From Clostridia bacterium (GTDB taxonomy: Bacteria; Bacillota; Clostridia; JAAYHZ01), in NCBI GenBank assembly GCA_050950825.1, contig JBMNIH010000011.1:64001-128000 (forward strand): a stretch of 64,000 nucleotides of DNA. Direction: 5' to 3'. The translations under genes were made by a program, and so were the position numbers. Of this stretch, positions 49,438 to 61,997 are shown one piece after another; the first letter of the stretch is position 1; every line of letters begins with the position of its first letter. The notes beneath the pieces are model-generated. The model saw only the letters and a program-made list of their open reading frames with translations, was not told where the DNA came from and did not search any database.

Positions 49438-49773
49438 ATGAAGATGCATAGATTTTTGCTGTTTGTTTTGGTTTTAATTTTAACGATTGGTTTTTGTACA
49501 TCGGTATATGCCGCGGCGGCGGAAGATAACCCTGCCGATGCGACGGATTCTACCGGCTCGAAAGCCATTGCCGCCGCGATCGTGACCGGTATCGCCGCCG
49601 GTGCAGGCGCCATTGGCATGGGCATTTCCACGGGCAAAGCATACGAAAGCATTGCCCGCCAGCCGGACGCAGAGGACAAGATTCGCGGAAGCATGTTCCT
49701 AGGTCTCATATTCATCGAAACGGCCATTATCTACGCTTTGGTCGTAGCCATTTTGGTCATATTCGTATTGTAA
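49438..49773 (+). CDS. atpE: F1Fo ATP synthase subunit c with N-terminal extension
   Basis: GAIGMG, IARQP, FIETAIIY. Confidence 0.92.
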   Translation: MKMHRFLLFVLVLILTIGFCTSVYAAAAEDNPADATDSTGSKAIAAAIVTGIAAGAGAIGMGISTGKAYESIARQPDAEDKIRGSMFLGLIFIETAIIYALVVAILVIFVL

Positions 49774-49787
49774 GTGGGTGATGAAGA

Positions 49788-50267
49788 GTGAACATACCTT
49801 TGAATATCGATTTTCAGCAAATTCTTTTGCACTTATTCAACTTCTCCATACTGTCTTTCGGTTTGTATCTTTTGCTTTTCAAGCCCGTTCAAAGCTTTAT
49901 GGAAAAAAGAGAGCATACCTATTTGGATATGCATCATAAGGCGGAAACGGAATTAAAAGAAGCGGAAGAATTAAAAGCGGCTTACGAAAAGCATTTGGAG
50001 ACTGTGGAAGCCGAAGTCGAAGAATACAAGAAAAAAGCCATGGAGGAAGCGGAAAGAGAGGCGGACGAGCTTTTGCAAAGCACGAAGCAGCAAGCCGCCC
50101 AAATTATTATGGAAGCCAAAAAAGCGGCTCAAAAAGAGCGGGAAAAGATTTTGGAATCCGCCCAAAAGGAGATCGCATCCATGGTTATGGATGCTGCGGA
50201 AAAATTGCTTTCCTCGTCCACATCGGAAGCCTTGGATCGTTTCTTGTATTCCGTAAAGAAGGAGTAG
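49788..50267 (+). CDS. atpF: F1Fo ATP synthase subunit b
   Basis: N-terminal TM (LFNF...LLFKPV..FMEKR) then a charged coiled coil. Confidence 0.9.
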   Translation: MNIPLNIDFQQILLHLFNFSILSFGLYLLLFKPVQSFMEKREHTYLDMHHKAETELKEAEELKAAYEKHLETVEAEVEEYKKKAMEEAEREADELLQSTKQQAAQIIMEAKKAAQKEREKILESAQKEIASMVMDAAEKLLSSSTSEALDRFLYSVKKE

Positions 50268-50276
50268 AAGCAAGCC

Positions 50277-52040
50277 GTGACTGAAAAAGATTTGATAACC
50301 CGAGCCCTGTTGTTTTGCGCCGACCCGCCGTCGGAGCGGCATAAAAGGCAGATCATCGACTTTTTAAAGGATAAATACCAAAGCGATATCCCTCTTTCTT
50401 GGGTTGAGGATAAAAGCATTAAAAACGGGTTTCGCTTGGAAGTGGAAAAGGACGGGCAAAAGTCGGTTTACGATTGGAGCCTAGAAGCAAGACTAAACCA
50501 GCTGAAGGAAGACCTTCGCCGTCTGTCTCCCTCCGTCGACAATATCATCCCTTTGATCAAGGAAACCATCCGAAATTGGACTCCGAAGGCGATGGAGCAG
50601 GAAATCGGAACGGTCCTTACGGTAGGAGACGGTATTGCAACGGTGAAAGGACTGCCCAATGCCTCTTACCAAGAAATCCTTCTTTTTTCTTCCGGTATAC
50701 GGGGAATGGTGCAAGAGCTTAAAAATGATGAAGTAGGCTGCATTTTGTTTGACGACGGCTCAAGCATCGCCGCGGGAAGTCCCGTGAAAAGAACGGGAAG
50801 AACCGCAGGGATCCCGGTAGGGCGAGACTTTATCGGACGCGTCGTGGACGCCTTGGGAAACCCCATTGACAAAGAGGAACCCATTACGGCGGACGAGTAC
50901 CGCAGCCTTGAATCCCCCGCTCCTTCCATCACCGACCGTAAACCGGTTTATCGGCCTATGGAAACCGGGATTTTGGCCATCGACTCCATGTTCCCTATCG
51001 GTCACGGACAAAGGGAGCTAATCATCGGGGACCGCCAAACCGGGAAAACGTCCCTTGCCGTGGATACCATCTTGAATCAAAAGGGAAAGGACGTCATTTG
51101 CATCTACGTGGCCATCGGGCAAAAGGCAAGCACCGTTGCCCAAACGGTCCATACCCTTCGAAGGTTCGGCGCCATGGAATATACGACGGTTATCAGCGCA
51201 TCGGCAAGCGACCCCGCTCCCCTTCAATACATCGCCCCTTATTCGGGCTGTACCTTAGGGGAATATTTTATGAACAAAGGAAGGTCGGTATTGATCATAT
51301 ACGACGACTTGACCAAGCATGCCGTTGCTTACCGATCCTTAAGCCTGCTTTTGGAACGATCTCCGGGTCGTGAAGCCTACCCCGGCGATATATTCTTTCT
51401 CCACTCTCGACTTTTGGAGAGGTCGGCACAGCTTTCCGACGAAAAGGGCGGCGGAAGCATGACGGCTCTTCCCATTGTGGAAACAAAGGCGGGAGACATC
51501 TCCGCCTATATCCCCACCAACATCATTTCCATCACGGACGGCCAGATCTATTTGGAAAAGGACTTGTTTTTCTCCGGGCAGCGCCCCGCCATCAACATCG
51601 GGCTTTCCGTATCCCGTGTAGGAAGCAACGCCCAAACCAAAGCCATGAAAGCGGCCGTTGGATCCCTTCGCTTGGACTTAGCCCAGTTCCAAGAGATGGA
51701 GGTTTTCATGCAGTTTGCAGGGGATTTGGACGAGATGACACAAAAACAGCTTTCCTACGGCCAAGGGCTGATGTACTTATTAAGGCAGGAAAAACACGAG
51801 ATTCTCACCCTTTATGAGCAGGTGATTCTTCTTACCGCCGCTTTAAACCGAGTGATGCAGGATGTATCCCCCGAGGATGTTCCCGATTTTAAGCACGGCT
51901 TGTTGGAATATTTCGAAAAGCAAGCCTCCTATATACCCCGAGAAATCGAGAAAACCCGGGAGCTGAAGCCCGAACTAAAAGAAGAAATCGTGAACATCGC
52001 GCGAAAATATGCGAACACGGTTTGGCATAAGGCGAGGTGA
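50277..52040 (+). CDS. atpA: F1Fo ATP synthase subunit alpha with N-terminal delta-like domain
   Basis: GTVLTVGDGIA, GDRQTGKT, PGREAYPGD, SVSRVG; about 85 extra N-terminal residues. Confidence 0.95.
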   Translation: MTEKDLITRALLFCADPPSERHKRQIIDFLKDKYQSDIPLSWVEDKSIKNGFRLEVEKDGQKSVYDWSLEARLNQLKEDLRRLSPSVDNIIPLIKETIRNWTPKAMEQEIGTVLTVGDGIATVKGLPNASYQEILLFSSGIRGMVQELKNDEVGCILFDDGSSIAAGSPVKRTGRTAGIPVGRDFIGRVVDALGNPIDKEEPITADEYRSLESPAPSITDRKPVYRPMETGILAIDSMFPIGHGQRELIIGDRQTGKTSLAVDTILNQKGKDVICIYVAIGQKASTVAQTVHTLRRFGAMEYTTVISASASDPAPLQYIAPYSGCTLGEYFMNKGRSVLIIYDDLTKHAVAYRSLSLLLERSPGREAYPGDIFFLHSRLLERSAQLSDEKGGGSMTALPIVETKAGDISAYIPTNIISITDGQIYLEKDLFFSGQRPAINIGLSVSRVGSNAQTKAMKAAVGSLRLDLAQFQEMEVFMQFAGDLDEMTQKQLSYGQGLMYLLRQEKHEILTLYEQVILLTAALNRVMQDVSPEDVPDFKHGLLEYFEKQASYIPREIEKTRELKPELKEEIVNIARKYANTVWHKAR

Positions 52041-52046
52041 CGGCTT

Positions 52047-54792
<2,746 letters not shown>

Positions 54793-54796
54793 AGGG

Positions 54797-55243
54797 CTAC
54801 TTGTTTACGACGGCGATGCAAAAACCGTCCCAACCCTTGAGCCCCACCGTTTGGACGGCCGTTGCCGACAGGATCGGGTTTTGCGCCATATCGGATATGA
54901 ATTGTCTTACTCCCTGAACTCTTTCATCCGTACTGTCCGCATTGCAAATTTCGCCGTTTCTTACCGTATTGTCACCGATTCCGTGGCAGGCCCTTCCATG
55001 ACTTCGACGATCGCATCCACGCTTGCCCGCTTGAAATTTTCTCGGGCGATTTGTGCATACCTTTTATTCGCCTCCAAAGTAATGACACGGCCTTTAGGAC
55101 CTGCGGCACGGGCAAACCATAGGGTGCTGTATCCGGCCAAGGTCCCGAATTCCAATATTCTTTTTGCATTCATTAATCGGGCAATGAGGTAAAGAAGCTT
55201 CCCCTGATTGGGGGCAACTTCGTGATGAGGAAGTCCGTTAAAA
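54797..55243 (-). pseudogene. O-methyltransferase (Methyltransf_3), 5'-truncated with internal deletion
   Basis: EVAPNQGKLL...ILEFGTLAGYST...EGPATES, then in another frame IGDNTVRNGEI...TAVQTVGLKGWDGFCIAVVNK*. The FIDADK region is absent. Confidence 0.8.
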
Positions 55244-55345
55244 CAGGCCGTTTAAACCGAATTCCCGTATAAATTTGTCAGCTAAACGTCAAATGCACAG
55301 GAGGATCGAATCGGATTAAAACGGCCTGATTTATTGAAAAATGAT

Positions 55346-56338
55346 TTAATTGCCTTTTTTCCCGCAGCAGTTTTTGTACTTCTTTCCGCTTCCGCAGGGG
55401 CAAGGATCGTTTCTTCCTACTAAGAATTCTCGATTAAACGGAATTACGTTGGAGACTTTGCCGAAAGGTTCTTCATCATCCTCAAAGTCTTCATCGAACT
55501 CATCGTCGAATTCTTCATCCCAATATTCATCGTCTTCACCGTCCGAATCCTCGCCGAAGAAGCTAAAGAAGTCGTCGTCCAAATCGTACTCATCGTCTTC
55601 GACTCCGACCCAATCCTCCAAGCCGTAGATATCGTACTCGGAAATTACGGTAAGATCCTCGTTGTCCTTCAATTCCTCCAAGACTTCCTCTACGGGCCGC
55701 TCCAGCTGCTCTTCCACGAAGTCCAATTCGGCCAGTACTTCCATTACCTTTCCGTCATCGACGGCTTTGACAATGTCGTTTTCCAATCCTTTCGGGTGTA
55801 TTAAGCAGCAAACACTCGGAAGCTCATCCCATACGGCGCTGTAGTCCGCTTTCAGCTTTCCGTTGAAAAGGGACTTAAAGTAGAATACAAGATGTTCCCT
55901 TGTAACCTTGCCTTCGTTGAGAAGAATAAGGAGGGAATACAGCGCTTCGTCTCTTACGTATTCATCCAACGAAGAATCTTCAATAATGTTTTTTATCGGA
56001 TCAAGATTGCCGTCGCAAACGGAAGCCAATATTCTTGCGTAATCGTCTGCAATGGCACTTCCAAATAATTCGATGCTTTGGTTATCCGGAAGGTAAGCAA
56101 GCTTCACCACGTATTCATACGCCTTAGACTCACGAAAGTAAGCAAGCAAATATACCGCCGGAATTTGGATGAGACGGTCCTTCTCCTTGGCAAGCTTTTT
56201 CGCGTTGCTCAATGTATATTCCATGATTTCAAGCAGCTCCGGAATGGCTTCTTCCCTATGCTCCATGGCATACTTGACCGCCTTTGTCGGGAAATTACCG
56301 TCAAATCGTTCGAACCCCTTAAATATTTTTAAATTCAT
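55346..56338 (-). CDS. DUF1186-like protein with acidic linker and C-terminal SEC-C motif
   Basis: [24 protein letters not shown]; [19 protein letters not shown]. Confidence 0.8.
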   Translation of the reverse strand: MNLKIFKGFERFDGNFPTKAVKYAMEHREEAIPELLEIMEYTLSNAKKLAKEKDRLIQIPAVYLLAYFRESKAYEYVVKLAYLPDNQSIELFGSAIADDYARILASVCDGNLDPIKNIIEDSSLDEYVRDEALYSLLILLNEGKVTREHLVFYFKSLFNGKLKADYSAVWDELPSVCCLIHPKGLENDIVKAVDDGKVMEVLAELDFVEEQLERPVEEVLEELKDNEDLTVISEYDIYGLEDWVGVEDDEYDLDDDFFSFFGEDSDGEDDEYWDEEFDDEFDEDFEDDEEPFGKVSNVIPFNREFLVGRNDPCPCGSGKKYKNCCGKKGN

Positions 56339-56495
56339 TTTCGTTCTCCATTCTTTATCATAAAAAATACCGCAGGGCTTATTATACCTTATAGTCGCCG
56401 TTAAAAAAACACTTTTCGGCTATATGTTTACGGTTATCAAACATAACCGATTTTTTTGTCGGTTTTTGTCTAAATCTGTTTGCCGAATGAAGCCG

Positions 56496-56945
56496 TTAGA
56501 AAAACGCAAAGGGATTGGGTTCATTCGGGTCGTTATAAATTTTACAGTCTAACATCCAATCATCAAGTTTTTCTTTTATGGTTTCATCCAATTCGAGATA
56601 GTCGTCTTCCGTTATGTGCCCTCGTTTCAACATGCATTTGTAGAACTTCTTGATGCTTGTCGCCGTACTTTTGATGGAAGCGGGGGTGGACCACACGCAT
56701 TTACGTATAAAGAATTCTCCCAAATAGCCGGATATGTTCATCCAATCGGTTCCTTCCGCCATTTCCAAAGCTTCCCATTGCAAAAGGTAGACATTGAGGT
56801 AGAACTTCACGTTTTGGTAATGCCTTCGAATCGTATTCTCCTTTAAGCCTTCCTTCGTTAAGTCCTCAATGAATTCTTTCAAGTAAACGTCGTTTTTCTT
56901 TTTAATTTCTTTCATTTTTTCATCATAATCGTCGTATTCTTCCAT
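56496..56945 (-). CDS. Stand-alone integrase N-terminal SAM-like domain protein
   Basis: LTKEGLKENTIRRHYQNV.FYL, YLGEFFIRK, SIKKFYK; no catalytic domain. Confidence 0.6.
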   Translation of the reverse strand: MEEYDDYDEKMKEIKKKNDVYLKEFIEDLTKEGLKENTIRRHYQNVKFYLNVYLLQWEALEMAEGTDWMNISGYLGEFFIRKCVWSTPASIKSTATSIKKFYKCMLKRGHITEDDYLELDETIKEKLDDWMLDCKIYNDPNEPNPFAFF

Positions 56946-56965
56946 ACAAAAAACTCTCCGTTCTT

Positions 56966-57718
56966 TTACTTATACTTTTTATTCGGCTCCGCCTTTATCG
57001 TCACTTTGCAGCCTTCGTCAAGGCGATACAAGAGTCTGCCGATATGCTCCATCGTATATCTTTTCTTCACCGATATTATGAAGATTTCGTTCCATCCGTA
57101 ACTAATGGTCCCGTTGAGGTCGTCCCCGAATAACAATTCTCTTGCATGCTCGGCATCGTCTTCCAATGCATATTCAAGCCTTCGGTTGGTTTCCTTGATA
57201 TCGAAATATTCGGGGTCAAAAATGCGTCCGTTTGTATCCTTTTCAGCCCACGCCAACATCTCTTTTCTTTCGGGGTGATCTTTATCCATGATAATGCGAA
57301 GGAAATCTTCATAACCTCCGACCCCTCCCGCATCCTCCGAAGGTCTGTGCCTTGCGCCGGCAAGGCATACCGGTATCGCGTTATTCTTCGTATCCTTTAT
57401 TCGCTTTTCAATAACAATATCATGACACCAAGAGTCGCCGTAATCATATACGTATTCGCACTTGTCATGTAGCTTAAACAGTTCGTCAACGGTTGTTGCT
57501 CCGGAATCCATTTCCTTTATGTCTTCTCCGTACAGCTCTTCGGGAGGACAATCCTCATCGGGAACGGTAACAACGATCCGATCAAATTCGAACCTGTACC
57601 AATGATAATCAAACCAATTGAAAGCTGCTTGTATCACTTGATGCAATTGCTGAAACGTAATATTCCCCGGAATTCTTAGCCTTCTCCAAATAAGCGGTTT
57701 TATGTCCTTAATATACAC
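56966..57718 (-). CDS. Plasmid pRiA4b ORF-3 family protein (possibly 5'-truncated)
   Basis: IKPLIWRRL.IP, LHQVIQAAFNW.DYH, YVYDYGDSW.H, EDAGGVGGY; no clear RBS. Confidence 0.8.
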   Translation of the reverse strand: MYIKDIKPLIWRRLRIPGNITFQQLHQVIQAAFNWFDYHWYRFEFDRIVVTVPDEDCPPEELYGEDIKEMDSGATTVDELFKLHDKCEYVYDYGDSWCHDIVIEKRIKDTKNNAIPVCLAGARHRPSEDAGGVGGYEDFLRIIMDKDHPERKEMLAWAEKDTNGRIFDPEYFDIKETNRRLEYALEDDAEHARELLFGDDLNGTISYGWNEIFIISVKKRYTMEHIGRLLYRLDEGCKVTIKAEPNKKYK

Positions 57719-57854
57719 CTTGATATCATAAAAAACTTGTGAAAAATGAAGGCAAGCTAATATTTTTAAACGTTTAGTATAATAGCAGCAGAGGAAATGT
57801 TTTTAAAAACCCGATACGATATACTAAATACCGGTGAAGGAAAGGAGGCATACC

Positions 57855-59156
57855 GTGCAGTACCCGAAAAACCTTAAAACCGTATTGGAATATATCGAAC
57901 GAAATCTTAAAACCGATATTACGGCCGAAGAGTTGGCAAGGATGGCGAACTACTCAACGTTTCACTTTTGCCGTTTGTTTTCTTCGATAATGGGCTCATC
58001 CGTCTCGGGCTACATCTTAAAGCGGAGGTTGGACCATGCTCTTTCGGAAATCGCCTGCGGCCGAAAAGCCATGGACGTTGTCCTCGAGTACGGCTTTGAT
58101 ACGTACGCAGGGTTTTACAAGGCTTTTGTAAGGATGTACGGCTGTTCTCCGAAAAAATATCTTCGTATTTACAAAGAACATAAAGTCAATAAACCGGAGG
58201 TGGTATCCGTGTATTCGGAAAAAGACATACGAAGCATTTTGGAGCATTGGGATATTGAAAAAAACCTTCCCGTCAAAGACATCTATATTATGGACGGAGC
58301 AAAGGTATCGGGTAACGTTTGGACGGTAGGAAACGATTACATCTTAAAAACCGGAAAACGAGAAGCATTGATTAAAAATCTTCGCATAGCAAAGGAGCTT
58401 CATAAATTAGGCTTTTCTTCTTCCCTGCCCGTATTAACAAAGGACGGAAAAGAATATGTAGACAATGAAGAAATCTTTGTTCTGACACACGGGATCAAGG
58501 GAAGCCCTCTTCCGAAATCCGAAAGATTCGGTGAAAATCGTTATGCATTCGGTTTGGAATACGGAAAAAGTATTGCCAAGCTTCATAAAGCTTTAAAGGC
58601 CGTACAAAAGGAGGTATCTCTTGACGAAACGGATTTGTATCGCCATGTGACAAATTGGGCGCTTCCCAATGTAAAAAAGCAAAACATTCAATGGAGCATG
58701 GGAATCGATGAAAGCTTTTTTGACGATTATGTAAATCGCTTCGGCGTATTGTTTGAAAAATTACCGAAGCAGCTGATTCACCGAGATCCGAATCCCGGCA
58801 ACATCCTGTTTGACAAAGATAGGGTAAGCGGATTCATTGATTTTGATTTAAGCGAAATCAATATCCGTTTATGGGATGTTTGCTATTGCGCAACCGGTAT
58901 CTTAAGCGAAGGAAGCGATGAAGCTTATGAAAAATGGCCGGAAATACTGAAGGGAATTCTCCACGGTTATGACCAAGAAGGAAAGCTTACCAAAGAAGAA
59001 AAGCAGTCGGTCTTCTATGTCATATGCTCTATCCAAATGATTTGTGTCGCTTACTTTGAAAGCAAAGACATATACAAGGAGCTGGCAAAAACCAATCGGA
59101 AAATGCTGATGTACATTATCAACAAAAAGGATGAAATATCAAGCATGTTGAATTAA
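57855..59156 (+). CDS. AraC HTH fused to APH/homoserine-kinase-like phosphotransferase
   Basis: AraC HTH in the first ~110 aa; QLIHRDPNPGNILF, GFIDFD. GTG 57855 lies behind AAGGAGG. Confidence 0.85.
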   Translation: MQYPKNLKTVLEYIERNLKTDITAEELARMANYSTFHFCRLFSSIMGSSVSGYILKRRLDHALSEIACGRKAMDVVLEYGFDTYAGFYKAFVRMYGCSPKKYLRIYKEHKVNKPEVVSVYSEKDIRSILEHWDIEKNLPVKDIYIMDGAKVSGNVWTVGNDYILKTGKREALIKNLRIAKELHKLGFSSSLPVLTKDGKEYVDNEEIFVLTHGIKGSPLPKSERFGENRYAFGLEYGKSIAKLHKALKAVQKEVSLDETDLYRHVTNWALPNVKKQNIQWSMGIDESFFDDYVNRFGVLFEKLPKQLIHRDPNPGNILFDKDRVSGFIDFDLSEINIRLWDVCYCATGILSEGSDEAYEKWPEILKGILHGYDQEGKLTKEEKQSVFYVICSIQMICVAYFESKDIYKELAKTNRKMLMYIINKKDEISSMLN

Positions 59157-59179
59157 ATCATTGTAACCGTAACGAGTCC

Positions 59180-59218
59180 AAAACCCGCTTGGTCCAAGCC
59201 GTTTACCAAGCGGGTTTT
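59180..59218 (+). terminator. Rho-independent terminator (possibly bidirectional)
   Basis: AAAACCCGCTTGGT / ACCAAGCGGGTTTT 14-bp stem. Confidence 0.75.
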
Positions 59219-59382
59219 ATCGAAATCTAGGTTTTTCAACTATAATGTATTACAATGGTAGCAAACGGACTGATTCTATAAATCATTCCTAACCGTCGAT
59301 AACCGTTTCATCATATAATCAAGCAAATTTATTATCTTTTCCGATAATCGTCGGAATCATTAATGACCGGAGGATGATAGCT

Positions 59383-59589
59383 ATGAGTACGACCTTTTGT
59401 GAAACGTGTAGAAAAGAGGTTACATTTTCATCGGAGACCGCCTCCATAAAGGCAAAGCTTAAAGGTCAAGAATATATCTTCACCGGGAAGAAAGCGATTT
59501 GCATTGAATGCGGAAATGAGGTCTATGCAGCGGATATAACGGATGAAAACTTAAAATCATTGTACAATGCGTACCGTCGAAATAAATGA
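59383..59589 (+). pseudogene. MqsA/YgiT-type zinc-finger fragment (truncated antitoxin-like gene)
   Basis: FCETC...CIECGNEVY...DENL..LYNAYR, then a stop where an HTH normally begins. Confidence 0.6.
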
Positions 59590-59641
59590 CTTTCAACTAT
59601 ATCCTCTTTTTATAAAGCCGATTTTCGGCATCACTTCGGCT

Positions 59642-60379
59642 TTATGCTTCGGCAACAACAATTAAACGCCGGCTTTGATCGTTATACTCATTCATATCAT
59701 AATCCCCGTATATATGAACCTTTGAGAATCCTGCTTGCGGAAGCAGCCGGTTATAATCCTCGTCAAGAAGAATTCTGTAGACGATATCGTACAGGTTGCT
59801 TTCCAATCGCTCTGCGCTATGGAAAAGGTCCAATATATGTATGGTATGAAGCCTATCCTTACGTTCTTTGACGAAAATCCGTGAAAAATCCGGACGATTC
59901 ACCACCACCTCAATAGACGGTAGCGTTAACGTATAATGGGTTGTCCCTTGCGTTAAGATCAATATTCCGTTTTTATTCAACCGGTTTTTCATAGAGCGAA
60001 GAGCCGTCAATAAATCCTCATCCGTCTGCATATGGGTCAATGAGTTCGTAAGGCATACGATCGCATCAAAGGTTTTGTCAAATACCCGCTCCAGATACCG
60101 AAAATCGCATTGGTATAACGGGATGCTGTAATTTCTATTATTCAGATTCTTTTGCGCCACATCCAGCATCGATTTGGAATAGTCCGAGCCCCATACCTTG
60201 TATCCGGACTGTGCCAGCATCAGCAGATGCTGACCCGTTCCGCATGCACAGTCCAATACGCGCTCGACTCCGTATTTTAAGAAAATCTTGTTAAAAAACG
60301 TTTTCTCATCACCCAAATATTCGTCAATCGGACCGAATTCGTCATAGTCATAAGCAAATTTTTCATACGGATCCTTCAC
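59642..60379 (-). CDS. Class I SAM-dependent methyltransferase
   Basis: VLDCACGTG, GSDYS, CDFR, FDAIVCLTNSL. Confidence 0.88.
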   Translation of the reverse strand: MKDPYEKFAYDYDEFGPIDEYLGDEKTFFNKIFLKYGVERVLDCACGTGQHLLMLAQSGYKVWGSDYSKSMLDVAQKNLNNRNYSIPLYQCDFRYLERVFDKTFDAIVCLTNSLTHMQTDEDLLTALRSMKNRLNKNGILILTQGTTHYTLTLPSIEVVVNRPDFSRIFVKERKDRLHTIHILDLFHSAERLESNLYDIVYRILLDEDYNRLLPQAGFSKVHIYGDYDMNEYNDQSRRLIVVAEA

Positions 60380-60421
60380 GGATCATCACCTCCGGAATAT
60401 TTATACTTGTTTACACCCTTT

Positions 60422-61207
60422 TCATTTGCCCGATATTTTTTCTTTATCCTTCTCTATTTCAGAAAGCATGTATTCTGCAAACTCTTCTGCCTGTTCCTCA
60501 TCCGTCGAGACCTTTGCATCGTTTTGGTATTCTTCCAAAGCAGCGGTAATGAGAGTTCGATATTTTTCCGGGACATTCATAAGCCCCCACTCCCCTCCTT
60601 CTTTTTTTGAAAGAACAAGACAGACTTTAACATATGCCAGCACCCGACATAAATTAAGAATGATATATGTGGGATTATTTAAAATATCCGTTTTTGCATT
60701 ATGAATGTCATGCCAAAGGCTGTCGAAATATTCTTTTTTGCCCACAGGTGAAAAGACCTCTTTGATCTCTTTCCCGTAGAGTGTTTTTCCTCTGTGGTAT
60801 ATAACCGTAACATGAGCGGCCAGGTCTTTATCCGTTCCCTTCATCTTTTCTATATATTCGTTCGGGTTTGATCGGTACCAATCCAAATGCATCAAAGAAA
60901 AATGAAGCTCATACGGTGTCGGATAAGCAAAAGGCTTTAAGAATTCCTCTTTTACGATACTAAGCTCCATCCCCTTTGGCGGAGCTTCTTTATTAAATTC
61001 AATCGTCATGTCCATATACATTTTCTTGGTTTCATAGGAAAGATCGTTTTCCACAACCGTCAAAAGGTCGATATCGCTTTTCTCGGCATTAAAACAACCC
61101 GTCACGGCAGAACCGTGTAAATATATGCCGATCAAATTATCGCCTAAAAGGTCGATATTCTTTTGTACAAAACGATCCAACAAATTTTGATACTTCTTTA
61201 TACCCAT
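60422..61207 (-). CDS. Nucleotidyltransferase + DUF4111 (AadA/ANT-like)
   Basis: GIYLHGS...SDIDLL, DKDLAAH, YIILNLCR, LSKKEGGEW. Confidence 0.8.
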   Translation of the reverse strand: MGIKKYQNLLDRFVQKNIDLLGDNLIGIYLHGSAVTGCFNAEKSDIDLLTVVENDLSYETKKMYMDMTIEFNKEAPPKGMELSIVKEEFLKPFAYPTPYELHFSLMHLDWYRSNPNEYIEKMKGTDKDLAAHVTVIYHRGKTLYGKEIKEVFSPVGKKEYFDSLWHDIHNAKTDILNNPTYIILNLCRVLAYVKVCLVLSKKEGGEWGLMNVPEKYRTLITAALEEYQNDAKVSTDEEQAEEFAEYMLSEIEKDKEKISGK

Positions 61208-61467
61208 ATACCCATACCCGGCTGAAAAATATCCGAAAGCATAATATCGTATAAAGCTATTCTACTACAAAAATCCGATATTTCATAAAAAACAGGCGAC
61301 CTTCTTCATCTATTCTTCGTCAATATGAATCCGTATGTCTGTCCCGAATACATCGAAAGCATGCTCTATACCGAAACCGAATCATGACGAATTTGTTTGG
61401 ATTTTCTATTGACGTCCAAATATTCAAATACTAATATATAATTGTAAATTATTCTCGGAGGTTCGCT

Positions 61468-61842
61468 ATGTTTGATTATGAAAAACACAAAAAGCATTAT
61501 TCCGAAGCCAAGTTTTGGGACAAGGTATTGAAGTTTGCGAAGAAAGCAGGTATCAAGGTTGTTTACAACGCGTTATTGCTGTTCTATACCCTCCAAAAGC
61601 CCGACGTTCCTCCGCATGTAAAGGGGATTATTATCGGGGCTCTTGGATATTTCATATTCCCTGTCGACATTGTTCCCGATATCGTACCGGTTGTAGGTTA
61701 TGCCGATGATTTAAGTGCACTTTTAGGTGCTCTCGGGTTAACCGCTCTTCATATTGACAGTACAACAAAAGACATGGCAAAGCAAAAATTGAGGGATTGG
61801 TTCGGTGATTATGACCAATCCGAAGTGGAAAATGACAATTAA
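61468..61842 (+). CDS. YkvA/DUF1232 family protein
   Basis: ALGYFIFPVDIVPDIVPVVGYADD. Confidence 0.88.
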   Translation: MFDYEKHKKHYSEAKFWDKVLKFAKKAGIKVVYNALLLFYTLQKPDVPPHVKGIIIGALGYFIFPVDIVPDIVPVVGYADDLSALLGALGLTALHIDSTTKDMAKQKLRDWFGDYDQSEVENDN

Positions 61843-61997
61843 CAGATTTCACATGCATTGGCTTCGTAACGATAATGCCGGATTAGCATAAGGCTTTAAG
61901 AAGGACAACCGTAAATAATTGTTCTTTGATTTGATGAAACTCTTGCTTGACAATAGCATAGTCAAGATGCAATAATGAAGCAGAGGCGAAGTCAAAT

